From a virus: DNA of 64,000 bases. Under the pieces are notes generated by a model, which saw nothing but the letters and a program-made list of their open reading frames with translations, was not told the DNA's origin and ran no database searches. Made by a program: the position numbers and the translations under genes. Position 1 is the stretch's first letter, and each line of letters begins with the position of its first letter. The stretch spans positions 28,495 through 92,494 of the IMG/VR virus record IMGVR_UViG_3300042892_002240. The stretch is one strand, 5' to 3'. Positions 29,479 to 39,609 of the stretch are shown here, one piece after another.

Positions 29479-29913
29479 ATGGCATTTAACATTCCAGGAA
29501 TTTTAGGACGTAACCGTCAAGCACGCCAAAGCATGGTTGAAAATACTATAGCTGATGCTCACCAAGCAGGTGAAAGCCGTTTTCAAGACAAGTATCATGA
29601 CACCAGAGAGCAGTTAGTAGACAGCATTGGTAAAAAGAAGGCTGAAAAAAGTGCTCGAGTTATTGGTCAAATGGGATACGAGAACGTAACTAACGACAGC
29701 ATGACTGACGCTGTTAGTAAAGCAGCTTCAAAAGTTGAAGAATTAAAATATGCCCGTGCTAATAGCAAATGGGACGAAGAAGTGGAACGCCGCCCAGGCC
29801 GTGGAGAAGTACGCGGTGCTAAAAAAGATGTAAAAGCTTTGAAAAAAGCTGAAGTTAAAGTAGCACGCCATTTAAATAACGCATGGAACGAACCTCCCCT
29901 AAACGAGGACTGA
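29479..29913 (+). CDS. Basic hypothetical protein (paralog 2)
   Basis: Begins MAFNIPGILGRNRQARQ. Confidence 0.7.
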   Translation: MAFNIPGILGRNRQARQSMVENTIADAHQAGESRFQDKYHDTREQLVDSIGKKKAEKSARVIGQMGYENVTNDSMTDAVSKAASKVEELKYARANSKWDEEVERRPGRGEVRGAKKDVKALKKAEVKVARHLNNAWNEPPLNED

Positions 29914-29918
29914 AACTT

Positions 29919-31574
29919 ATGGCTACTCCTCGTAAACCAGGTATGTGGGCTGATGGTATGCCAATTGCTCCAGGCTCTCGCCTTCGCGTAGATCGCCCAA
30001 CTCTTGCCGCAAAGAAGATTAGGCCTACTTTAAGTCTTACTTCTAATCAAGATGATGCACCACCCATGGGTATGGCTCGCCCACAGATTCCTGCCCACCT
30101 AAAAGCTCCGGTTTACAACGAACCAGATCCAGCTGGAGGTATGGCCCGCCCACAACTTCCCGAACACTTAAGAAATCTACAGCAAGGAAAGTAATCATGG
30201 CACGCCCCTGGCAGTCACGACAAGAGTTTCTTACGGATCAGGCTTTGCAGTCTGCTATTAGCGATCCTGAAACTATTCGCAAGACCCGCCCTGTTGTGCC
30301 CCAGCAGCTATTCCCCGAACGTGAAGGCTTTAGTAAACAAGAAGGCACTATTCAAACAATTCTAAACATTGATCGTTACATGCCTACTAAGCGTTCATGG
30401 TTGTCTGGTATGCCAGTTATGCGCACATCTATTGAAGATGGTAGTTTTGAAGGCTCAGGAAGATACTCAATGAACAGTATGTGGGGTGGCTAATGAAGAG
30501 TGAATGGGACCCAATGGGTGGGGATATCACCCAAGCATCTACTTTAGGTAAAAACCCAGCCCAAACCAATATGGCAGCTAGTTCGGTTACAACTGGATAC
30601 GCACGGGATTTGGCAGAGGCGGGCCATGGTCCAGGAAGCGACCCTGCTTTGTTTCGTCACAAAAAAGCAAACATGTCAGGAAATGCGCTTTTACCCACAC
30701 CTTCATTTGAAAAATCTCAAGGTAATACTCCACGAGCAATGCAACGTGCTGACATGCCTAAGACAAGGATGGTTGTCTAATGCCTAGAGAAGACTTAAGT
30801 CCTTTGTCAACCTCTAACAGAGGTGCTACATCCAACCTTTTAATGGCTGGTAGCACAGTTAAAAGTGGCATGGATGTCAAGCTAGAAATGCGCTACGGTG
30901 GTCAAGCAGACGCTGGTTCTTACTCTGGCCATATGGGTTCTATCATGGATAATGGTGGAGCTTTCATGCAAGACAGGGTAAACCGTCGAGGTAGTTTTGG
31001 TGGCGGTAGCAGTTTTGGTGGCGGTGGCGGTGGTGTAGGTGGTACTGCTCGTAACTATGGCCCAGGTAACCCTGGTGGTTACAACTGGAACACTGTTGAT
31101 AAAGGCGTTAACTTTGTTAAGAAGAAACTAAAAAATGTAAATAACGCTATGACCCAAAGCAGAAACGATTACAATCGTAATCTTATTGAGAACAAAATTG
31201 ACGAAATTCGTGACCAAGTTAAAAGCACAAAAAAACAAATAAAAAGTTGGAACGCACCAATTAAAGCAGCCAACAAACGTTTTCCTGGGATGCCCCCCCT
31301 ACCTACAATCCCCACTCCATGGGCTCAATCGCCCTGATAGGATATAACTATGGCAGTTAACGAATCCCGATCAATGAACGACGACCTCCACTCAGGTGTT
31401 AATGATGGTCGCCTAAAGAGCATTACCCCTGATCGTGGGGGTGTTGTTGATATGGCTGAGGTTACAGTTCGGGCAAACCTGCTTCAAACACAGTATGGAA
31501 TGTCTGACCTTATGAATAGAGTTCAGACCCCAAACGTAGACAACAACTTTGAAACAGGGTATGCTGAAGACTGA
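29919..31574 (+). CDS. Run of five small G/P/M/R-rich hypothetical genes (29919-30194, 30197-30493, 30493-30780, 30780-31337, 31350-31574)
   Basis: Abutting or overlapping same-strand ORFs. Confidence 0.6.
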
Positions 31575-31621
31575 ATAGTGTTGTCAAAGTGACAACGTTG
31601 TACTACTAATTAGGAGCACAA

Positions 31622-32077
31622 ATGCCTCGGCTATTGACTTGCCAGTCGTGCGGCACAATGTACCGTATGCGGGACTACGAAGGACCAACTGAGTATGACA
31701 TGGAGCTCATTGAGCTCTGTCAGAGGCACCTTGGTCAAGCTGCTGACCCAAACCCTGACTCTCACCTATCTCTCATTCTGCGTTGTGATGAAGAAACGTG
31801 GGCCAAGCTTGGGGATGAAACCCAAGTTAAAAAAGAACTTATGCAAAATGAGATTGAAGTTCGTGAAGTTCGTGACGATCTTAAAGTGGAAGCACTCAAG
31901 TGTTTTGCTAGGCACTCAAGCCCCAAGCAAGGTTGCATTGATTACGAAGATGAGTCTAAGACTATTGGCCGCAAAATTGGTGTACCTCAAGCACACAGGC
32001 AATACCTCTGCCACTATTGTCCAGCCCAAGCATTTGTAACTCATGGCATTCGCAAGAAAAAGGGTATGTACGACTAG
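31622..32077 (+). CDS. Hypothetical zinc-binding protein
   Basis: CQSC, C...H...C and YLCHYCP motifs; ggag RBS. Confidence 0.65.
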   Translation: MPRLLTCQSCGTMYRMRDYEGPTEYDMELIELCQRHLGQAADPNPDSHLSLILRCDEETWAKLGDETQVKKELMQNEIEVREVRDDLKVEALKCFARHSSPKQGCIDYEDESKTIGRKIGVPQAHRQYLCHYCPAQAFVTHGIRKKKGMYD

Positions 32078-32550
32078 TGATCATTTTTAACTTTGATGTA
32101 CTCGCACGACCGGGTGCGTCACTAGCAGTACGCCAACCAGACCCAGACGGCAGGGCAATTTGGCGCATGATGTTTGAACACTACACAGGGCGTATTTGTG
32201 TTGTTTCAACTACTGAATACCCAAAGATTCAATTTGAGGAATGGTTAAAACGGGAACAATTTAAAGCTTCTGTTTATGAGTTTTTAGATGTACCAGATGC
32301 GGTTCTTAAAGCTGAGCGTGTTCACATCATTGGTTCATCTTTTGGCAGAATCACTTGGTATGTAGACAACGACCCTCTTGCCTGCGCAGAAACTCTTAAA
32401 TTAGGCATTCCTACCTTGTTGGTTGCTTCTCCTTACATTGTTAGACCTGAGTGGGGTGGCACCAAAACAACTAAGGAATGGGGAACCCTTGTAACAGAGA
32501 TGGACGAACAAGCCTTAAAAGCATCTGAAAAGTCTTGGAGGGAAATGTGA
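32077..32550 (+). CDS. Degenerate HAD-fold-like protein
   Basis: IIFNFDVL...CVVST...WYVDND follows HAD motif order but lacks the first Asp. Confidence 0.45.
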   Translation: MIIFNFDVLARPGASLAVRQPDPDGRAIWRMMFEHYTGRICVVSTTEYPKIQFEEWLKREQFKASVYEFLDVPDAVLKAERVHIIGSSFGRITWYVDNDPLACAETLKLGIPTLLVASPYIVRPEWGGTKTTKEWGTLVTEMDEQALKASEKSWREM

Positions 32551-33977
32551 AAGTGTTCTTTGGTGGGGCTGAGAAAGGCTCCCACAGAAACATCCTGTTA
32601 GCTAATGACGTTGAGTACATGGCAGTCAATTTGACTCATTTGCCTATTCCTAAAACTAAAGAATTCAGCATTCCTAATACGTTTAAAAACGCTGGGGTTA
32701 TTGTGTACACCTCTGAGGGTGACGAAGACACAAATAGATACAATGACTTTATTCGGCAGCATGCTGATGACCTTGCCTTTGTAGTGGGTCGCCCTGATTA
32801 TGACGGAGAATGGCTTGGGGAAAAGTACATTCCTGTGTGGTCAGATGGTGATGACTTAGAACGCTTAGCTTGGTTGTGCCAACGCCATGGTCGGGCAGCT
32901 ATCTCAGACAAAGCAATTAATGCTAAAACTCTTCCCCGAATTAGGTCGCTGTCACAAAGATGGGGCGCTGCATTGCTCGGTATTACTAGCAAGCCAGACA
33001 TCATTGAAGCCCTTCCTTGGGCAGCAGTAATTGTTGGTTCATGGACTAGCACTTTGCGTTATGGGGAAACTCAAATCTGGGACGGACACGCTTTGCGACG
33101 ATATCCAGCTCAACAAAAAGAGTCGTCTAGACGGAAGCACCGGCCCGACATTATTCGTCTAGGAATTGACTTTGATGCTGTTATGGAAGACGACGTAACT
33201 ACTGTTGGAGCGTTAGCAATTCGTTCTTGGCTAGCTTGGGAAGACCATACAAATTTGGGCTATGACCCTGAAGAAGGTGTAGACGAAGAGGAGTTTGTAA
33301 ACAATGAAGAGGGGGAGATAGCAACTATACCCCCTGAAACCCATAGTGGGGTTAAACCGGCTTCTAGGGGGTCTGGTATTGCTACCGGCCCTATAGAAAA
33401 GCGGCACGACAGTGAACGGCTATTACTCCCTGTTATGGGTATTGAGCACATTGTTTCAATGGGTACACAAATGCCTAATGAGCAGGGAGAAGTCATTGAA
33501 ATCGACCCTGCAGAAACCGCTGTCATTAGATATCAATCAAACCCATTGCGACAGTGTGATAGTTGCTATCTGGCCTCAAGATGTCCTGCATTCAAGGAAC
33601 ATTCAGATTGTGGTTTTAGATTGCCTATTGAGATCCGTACAAAGGATCAACTTAACGCCGTTTTGCAAGCCATGATTGAAATGCAAGCAAGCCGAGTTTT
33701 GTTTGCTAGGTTTGCCGAAGAGCTTGAGGGCCAAGGTCTTGACCCAGCTTTGTCGTCTGAAATGGATCGCTTGTTTTCGCTCATTGACAAGTTTAAGAAC
33801 ATCTCAGATACCCGAGATCTCATGAGAATTGAGGTTGAGGCAAGGGGTGGAGCCGGCGTTCTCTCTAGATTGTTTGGAAGCAAAGCAGGGGAATCAGCCA
33901 AGCAACTTCCTGGCGGGGGTATGAGTGCTAGTCGCACTGATCAGTTTATTTCTGATGTAATCAATATTGGCGAATAA
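32547..33977 (+). CDS. Two-domain protein: TGT/DpdA-like barrel (uncertain) plus a Cys-rich/helical C-terminal domain
   Basis: LLGIT...LPWAAVIVGSWTSTLRYG; acidic linker; CDSCYLASRCP...C. Confidence 0.45.
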   Translation: MKVFFGGAEKGSHRNILLANDVEYMAVNLTHLPIPKTKEFSIPNTFKNAGVIVYTSEGDEDTNRYNDFIRQHADDLAFVVGRPDYDGEWLGEKYIPVWSDGDDLERLAWLCQRHGRAAISDKAINAKTLPRIRSLSQRWGAALLGITSKPDIIEALPWAAVIVGSWTSTLRYGETQIWDGHALRRYPAQQKESSRRKHRPDIIRLGIDFDAVMEDDVTTVGALAIRSWLAWEDHTNLGYDPEEGVDEEEFVNNEEGEIATIPPETHSGVKPASRGSGIATGPIEKRHDSERLLLPVMGIEHIVSMGTQMPNEQGEVIEIDPAETAVIRYQSNPLRQCDSCYLASRCPAFKEHSDCGFRLPIEIRTKDQLNAVLQAMIEMQASRVLFARFAEELEGQGLDPALSSEMDRLFSLIDKFKNISDTRDLMRIEVEARGGAGVLSRLFGSKAGESAKQLPGGGMSASRTDQFISDVINIGE

Positions 33978-34013
33978 TGGTGTATGCTAAGTTCCCCTAC
34001 TAAAGGATGTACG

Positions 34014-34627
34014 ATGAACAACTCGCATAACTCCATAGAAGAACTTGACCCATATCAAACTGCCGAGCAGCTAGTAAAGATGGCCATTGACTTAGGTTCA
34101 GATACTTTAAGCATGACTATCAATGATGTATCAAAATCATTAGTTGAAGCAGCCCACTTGATTACCCATCTTGCCGATGAATCAAACCATTACCGTTTAA
34201 AGACTCAAGTAGTGGTCAATGTAAACGGGACAGATCTACTGGTTGACCAAGCAGTGGTAGACAAGCTGTTTGCTTCTACTGTTCAGAATCTCATTACTAA
34301 TGCCCTGAATGAAACTACGGTCTGATGGATACTGACGCTTCAAAGCAGGCAATGATTAACGCCCTGACACAACGTGTTGAGCAACTTGAAGAAGTGTTAC
34401 AAAGTATTCTTCCCCCAGCAATGTCGTATTACTCAGAAGAGTTATTTGCTGCTGGGTGGTTGACTGGTTTAGAGAAAGAACTACCCCAGCACGTATCATC
34501 TATTGACAAGGCCGCTACTCTTCTTGGTATGATACCTGTATCGTGGCATTATAAGGAAGAGAACTCGATTTGGCACACAACTTGGAAAAAGTACCCAATT
34601 ACGTCTACCAAGACCGACGACGTTTAG
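34014..34627 (+). CDS. Two small hypothetical genes (34014-34325, 34325-34627)
   Basis: Stop/start overlap. Confidence 0.55.
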
Positions 34628-34769
34628 CTTCTGCTATTTTTTTAACTACCATTGTTTCAGTATCTAATTCTTTTTCAAAGAACGGAACTGGTTGGCCTTT
34701 CTTATCTACTTTTGGATTCTTTTTTATCCTAACAACTGGACCACTTGTACTTGGAAAACTACTTGACAT
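34605..34769 (-). CDS. Possible 54-aa basic protein
   Basis: Read manually: MSSSFPSTSGPVVRIKKNPKVDKKGQPVPFFEKELD...; looks more protein-like than the + strand ORF 34570..34791. Confidence 0.4.
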   Translation of the reverse strand: MSSSFPSTSGPVVRIKKNPKVDKKGQPVPFFEKELDTETMVVKKIAEAKRRRSW

Positions 34770-34809
34770 TTTGGGTGAAAAAGATGTTTAAAGAAATTAA
34801 TAACAACTA

Positions 34810-35184
34810 ATGGATTGGCTTGAGCAATCTGCTTGCCGTGGTAAAAATGTTGACATGTGGTATGCGCCACTAGATGCATCAAACCCTAATGATTACTACG
34901 CTGTAGGTAAAACTGCTTGTAGAAATTGTTCTGTGTGGAAAGATTGCATGAAGTTAGGTGCAGAAGAAACATGGGGCATGTGGGGTGGGTTAACACCACA
35001 AGAGCGTAGAGGTACAGTAAAACTTCAACACGGAACACTTGAGAGTTACCGAAAAGGTTGCCGGTGTACTCCGTGTATTGATGAATCAATTGCTGCTATG
35101 GACTACATCATGCCAATAGTTCTTCCTTCTCGCGGAGAAACTTTTGATGTAAAGTCCCTGCTCTACGCACTAATTAATCCTTGA
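34810..35184 (+). CDS. whiB: WhiB-family transcription factor with an extra HG...Y..GCRC..C module
   Basis: WLEQSAC, CRNCSVWKDC, GMWGGLTPQER. Confidence 0.9.
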   Translation: MDWLEQSACRGKNVDMWYAPLDASNPNDYYAVGKTACRNCSVWKDCMKLGAEETWGMWGGLTPQERRGTVKLQHGTLESYRKGCRCTPCIDESIAAMDYIMPIVLPSRGETFDVKSLLYALINP

Positions 35185-35277
35185 TGTAGGGAGTTACCGT
35201 CATGAGATGGTAACATATGTGTATGGCCCTACCCCCAAAGTAGGGCCTTTCCATATCCCCTATCAAGGAGAAAACTA

Positions 35278-35787
35278 TTGCGTAAACTTACCCTCACGAG
35301 TGCAGTCATTGTGGGCGCTCTACTACTCACAAACTGTAACGGAACAGTAAGGACACAAGAAGTTCCAATCTCAGTAACTACCACAACAATTACCCCACAA
35401 ACAACTACATCCACTACATCCACAACAACTACGACAACCACAACAACTACGACAACACTTGTTCCATTAGGTTCTAAATGCGAAGAACTCGCCCCCATTG
35501 CTTTACAAGCTGGCTGGCCCCAAGAACTACTTGTAGATGTTCTTGAAGAAGCATGGTCAGAGTCACGTTGTTTAAATATCATTCCAGGACACCCAAACTG
35601 GAATGGTCATGATTATGGCCCTCTTCAGATCAACCAAGTTTGGTCTAATGAAGTTGAAGACTTCTTTGGAAGTTGGGACATGGTTCAAGATCCTCTTGTG
35701 AACTTCACATGGGCTTGGGAAATGTACAAATGGTTTGACGACCATAAAGGTTGCGGGTTCATACCTTGGACTCGTAGTTGCAAGTAA
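35278..35787 (+). CDS. Exported lytic transglycosylase (SLT-like) with a Thr-rich stalk; possible lipoprotein
   Basis: Signal peptide ending LLLTNC; poly-Thr linker; AWSESRC...DYGPLQIN. Confidence 0.8.
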   Translation: MRKLTLTSAVIVGALLLTNCNGTVRTQEVPISVTTTTITPQTTTSTTSTTTTTTTTTTTTLVPLGSKCEELAPIALQAGWPQELLVDVLEEAWSESRCLNIIPGHPNWNGHDYGPLQINQVWSNEVEDFFGSWDMVQDPLVNFTWAWEMYKWFDDHKGCGFIPWTRSCK

Positions 35788-35852
35788 TTGCGTTACTGCC
35801 TTTAACTGTGTAGTATGTACTAAGAATGAAAACCCTTACAAAAGGACAACAA

Positions 35853-36050
35853 ATGGATCTCAATAACATTGGAGGAACATCTGAAGTAGCGGAGCTACTG
35901 GGATGCCCTAAGCAACAAATTCACGCTTTGCGCAAGCGAGCTAACTTTCCAAAGCCAATTAAAATCTTGGCTGCAACGCCCTTGTGGAACTTAGATGACA
36001 TCAGGAACTTTGCTACTACATGGATTCGCAGAACACCAACAGATAAATAA
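35853..36050 (+). CDS. AlpA/excisionase-like HTH protein
   Basis: GTSEVAELLGCPKQQIHALRKRANFPKPI...PLW. Confidence 0.8.
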   Translation: MDLNNIGGTSEVAELLGCPKQQIHALRKRANFPKPIKILAATPLWNLDDIRNFATTWIRRTPTDK

Positions 36051-36051
36051 C

Positions 36052-36225
36052 ATGGGTAGCAGTTCCCTACCCGCAGGGTATTACAAATGCCCCCAATGCA
36101 ACAGTGGGATAAAGGTGCACGTACCTCTAGTTACTGCACCCACCCATTGTTGTGGGGTAGGTAAAAAGACGTACACAATGCAACTTGTTGAAGGACACAA
36201 TGAAACTAGGAATCGCATCAGGTGA
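36052..36225 (+). CDS. Small zinc-ribbon protein
   Basis: YKCPQC...HCC. Confidence 0.5.
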   Translation: MGSSSLPAGYYKCPQCNSGIKVHVPLVTAPTHCCGVGKKTYTMQLVEGHNETRNRIR

Positions 36226-37267
36226 TTGGCAAGCCCCGCTTAGACCCGAAGAGAACCACCGATGGGGTGGATCAGGATGGGCACGAATTGGCCAATACTT
36301 AAAGTACCTACCTGAAGATACGGTCATTGGTACATTGGCCTGGAACAACGAAGATCACTTTGTAATTATTGATCACCTCACAAAAGAGCAATGTGAAGTT
36401 GACACCATCCTCATGCAACGTTTGATGCATGGAGGTATCAACGAACACATTTCTCAAGCCCAAGCCTACGGTCAAAAGTTTATTAATGATATTGACGACT
36501 GGTATTGGGGAGTATCTCCTTCCAACAAAGCGTTTAACCACAACCACCCTCAAGTAAACCCTAATGAAAACATTAACCATTACAGAGGGACTATTGCTAA
36601 ATCAGACATGGTGCTTTGTAGCACTCCTTACTTGCAAGATCGTTTACGTGATTTGGTAAAAGGTGAAATGATTCTGCTAGAAAACACCATTGATTTATCT
36701 AGGTTTACACAACACATTGACTCCGGAGACACAGCCCCAACTGTTGGTTGGGTAGGCAGTACCGCTCATAGAAGTGGGGACATTGAAACGCTTCGTGGTG
36801 TACTAGACGTAATGGCAAAACGTGGTGACATCAAGCTTTATCATGGTGGAAACCACATGAGCTATCCAACCTTTGCATCTCTACTTAACGTTTCAGACGA
36901 ATTAGTTTCTACGGCCCCGCTACACCCTATTGAAACTTACGCAACGCTCATGTCCATGGACATTGGGATCATTCCGTTACGTGACTTCCCATTCAACCGC
37001 TGCAAGTCAGATATCAAAGGAATGGAGTACGCAGCTTCAGGCATTCCTTTTATTGCGCAAAACTTAGATGCCTATGTAAAACTTCATGAACAATTAGGTG
37101 TTGGCAGAGTAGCTAAGAAACCTGCTGATTGGATTAAGCACTTAAAACAACTGATTGCTGATCCGGAGTTGCGCAAAGAAGAGGGAATGCGCAACAGAGA
37201 AGCAATTGCATCAAGAGATATATCTTTTGGTGCTAAACGATTTGTTGATGCAATTAACAGCCTGTAG
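36200..37267 (+). CDS. GT-B glycosyltransferase (GT4-like)
   Basis: VGWVGS, DIGIIPL...FNRCKSDIKGMEYAASGIPFI. Confidence 0.85.
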   Translation: MKLGIASGDWQAPLRPEENHRWGGSGWARIGQYLKYLPEDTVIGTLAWNNEDHFVIIDHLTKEQCEVDTILMQRLMHGGINEHISQAQAYGQKFINDIDDWYWGVSPSNKAFNHNHPQVNPNENINHYRGTIAKSDMVLCSTPYLQDRLRDLVKGEMILLENTIDLSRFTQHIDSGDTAPTVGWVGSTAHRSGDIETLRGVLDVMAKRGDIKLYHGGNHMSYPTFASLLNVSDELVSTAPLHPIETYATLMSMDIGIIPLRDFPFNRCKSDIKGMEYAASGIPFIAQNLDAYVKLHEQLGVGRVAKKPADWIKHLKQLIADPELRKEEGMRNREAIASRDISFGAKRFVDAINSL

Positions 37268-37277
37268 GATACACACT

Positions 37278-37709
37278 ATGAACGAGACCACTGTTGTATC
37301 TGCATTAGTTGACCTTCCTCAATTAAAAGAATGGGGGGATGGTAGATGGCGTGTAAAAGCAGCATGCGCTAACAGCGACACCGAAAAGTTCTTCCCTAAC
37401 AGAGATGGGGTTGACGCTGCCATGATTGTTGCTCAGGCACAGCTATGTTGTGCTACATGCACAGTGCGTAAAGAATGTTTAGAGTTTGCGCTAACTAACA
37501 AGCTTAAGTATGGTATTTGGGGTGGAGTAACTTCTCGGAATCGCCGTGGTTTAGAGTTAGAGCATGCTGAAGAAGCATCAAAGCTAACAGCAACTGGTCT
37601 TATTAAAATATTGCGTAAATTAAAAGACGCAACTCCTTTAAAAACTTCAGCAAAAATGATGAATTTGGATTTAGATGAGTTTCGTGAGCTTTTATCTCAA
37701 AAAAAGTAG
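37278..37709 (+). CDS. whiB: WhiB-family transcription factor (second copy)
   Basis: WRVKAAC...FFP...CATCTVRKECLEFAL...GIWGG. Confidence 0.9.
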   Translation: MNETTVVSALVDLPQLKEWGDGRWRVKAACANSDTEKFFPNRDGVDAAMIVAQAQLCCATCTVRKECLEFALTNKLKYGIWGGVTSRNRRGLELEHAEEASKLTATGLIKILRKLKDATPLKTSAKMMNLDLDEFRELLSQKK

Positions 37710-38180
37710 TTACATTTCTTTTTGAAGGCTGTCAGGGTTGTACCCAATGTCCTCAAGGAAGCCACGCAGTCGGTTAATCTCTGCTCGCATAGCGTGGTAC
37801 AAGTGCTGGCGCTCAATGTTCTCAATGAGCGACACTTTTTCTAAATGTTCAGGATTGCAGCAAAGGGTGTTGCGACATAAGTGGTCTAGTGTCTCAACCT
37901 TAGTAAGGGAAACATGCATGTGTTGTTCGTATGACCACCGGTGAGCTTGGAAAGCTTTGTTACCAACGTACATACGACCATACCCTTTATCAACAGGGCC
38001 AGTCCATGTCCAACAGCCATCATCTTGCTTTTTGATGTGTTTCCAGAACTTATCTTCTGGGAGCTTTGATTTATCAATAATATGCATGCGTCCATCGCGT
38101 TGCATTTGCTTGTAGTGGGCTGCGCACAGCCCTTTGGCTACAGCTTTTTCGTTACATACTGGACCTCTACACATGTACAT
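37710..38180 (-). CDS. HNH endonuclease
   Basis: CWTWTG...GYG...AHRWSY...LDHLCRNTLCCNPEHLE; N-terminal C..C...GLCAAHY module. Confidence 0.9.
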   Translation of the reverse strand: MYMCRGPVCNEKAVAKGLCAAHYKQMQRDGRMHIIDKSKLPEDKFWKHIKKQDDGCWTWTGPVDKGYGRMYVGNKAFQAHRWSYEQHMHVSLTKVETLDHLCRNTLCCNPEHLEKVSLIENIERQHLYHAMRAEINRLRGFLEDIGYNPDSLQKEM

Positions 38181-38345
38181 ACTAATCTCCTTGGACGGCG
38201 CCACAATTGCGCAGACACATAGTCTAACCCAGGTTCGCCCCTTACCCCATAACAATCAGCACGGATGCATGTTTTGTGCTGTATGGGGCAGGGGGAGGAA
38301 AGATCCCGACAAGAAAGGGTAGATGTCAGGCCCTGGCTTCTTTCC

Positions 38346-38705
38346 TTACGTCCTTTGTTTGTAGTTTTCCGTCTTTCTACGGAGTTCAACTGGGTGGCCT
38401 AGTTTTGCTAGATGCCTAATTCTTTGATAAATGGTTTGGTGGCTACGCTCAAGCATGTTAGCAATGTTAACTGCACGCTCCCCGTTATTCCAGCTCGCAA
38501 TGAGTTTCTCATCTTCTTCCCTCGTCCAATGTCGTGACTGACGCTTTTGACTTCCGTAGATTGTAAACATAAATCGCTCAGGATCTACGTCATACGCATT
38601 GGCTATAAGAGTTAAACCAATCTTTGGATCAAGGTGTCCGTCAATCATCAACTTAAAGATTACCTTGAGATCAAGGGTTGCTACAGTTTCATATTCACAT
38701 TCCAT
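38346..38705 (-). CDS. Myb/SANT-like HTH protein
   Basis: WTREEDEKL...IANMLERSHQTIYQRIRHL. Confidence 0.7.
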   Translation of the reverse strand: MECEYETVATLDLKVIFKLMIDGHLDPKIGLTLIANAYDVDPERFMFTIYGSQKRQSRHWTREEDEKLIASWNNGERAVNIANMLERSHQTIYQRIRHLAKLGHPVELRRKTENYKQRT

Positions 38706-38716
38706 GGTTTCCTCTT

Positions 38717-39592
38717 TCACTTAACTCGTAGTTGCGAGTATGGGGTTTTGTTGGTGACTGACTCAGCTACATCAGCTGTAATCTTGCCTAAGCTAAACGC
38801 AGCATCAAACAACTGAGTCTTAACTGCTGGCTCAGTGATCTGTTTAAACACTGCAGGAGACACCAGCTTCTTCAATGTCTCAATGTCAAACGAGCGACGC
38901 TCTGCCTGAACTAAAGAGACGACTTTGCCGTCTACTTCTACCTTGTCAAGAGACTCACTAAGCATCGCCGTCTTAAGTTCTTCTTCAAGACCCTTAAGTA
39001 ACGTTGCCCATGAGTCTGCTTCTTTCTTTGCAGCTAAGTAACTTCTTACTGTGGTTTCCATATTGTTTGTCATGATGATAATTTACCTTCTCTCGCTAGT
39101 TGTAACAACTTTTCTAATGAACAATCAGGCCCAAGTACTACTACAACAACCTGATTTGGTTGCGGGCCACTAATTACTTTTGGTTCTACCGAACCAACTA
39201 ACTTAAGTTGCTTAGGAATAATGAACGTGCTACCAACACCCTCAATATCCACAAGCATCTTTCTCTGTTCCGGGTGTCCATCGGGCATAACGTCAGGGTC
39301 TACGACTTCAGCCATAAGCCCCTTGTATGGCCCGCTTGAAACCTCCACGGACATTCCTTTTCTTAAGGCTTTTGCGCCTACCATTTTGTTACCTTTCTGT
39401 GGGTCACACTACTGTTGGGAGTACGTTTAATGTAAAGAGGAACTCATCGAGCACCTCTAGAGCGTCGTGTGTCTCGTCGCTGTTGTCAAACCTTGCAGAG
39501 TCAAGCAAGTGCTCAAGAGCCTTGATTTCGTCACTGCTAAAGATGACCACAGTAATGGGTCCACTGTTTTCTGATGATTTGATAATTGTCAT
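38717..39592 (-). CDS. Three small genes (38717-39073; 39070-39384, KOW-motif protein; 39404-39592)
   Basis: KOW-like KGMSVEVSSGPYKGLMAEV in the middle gene; tight packing. Confidence 0.6.
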
Positions 39593-39609
39593 TGTTTTCC
39601 CTTTGTTTG

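Noticed and set aside
35229-35582. Val-rich minus-strand ORFs (also 60375..60641 and 63592..63978)
   Set aside because: Antisense shadows of Thr-rich coding sequence on the + strand; most short overlapping ORFs in the track were dismissed for the same reason.
35853-36050. Prophage integration module
   Set aside because: The AlpA/Xis-like gene has no neighbouring integrase or att-like site in this window, and no host genes flank the sequence.
37710-38337. IscB/HEARO RNA-guided nuclease
   Set aside because: The protein is a short phage HNH with no RuvC motifs or PLMP start.
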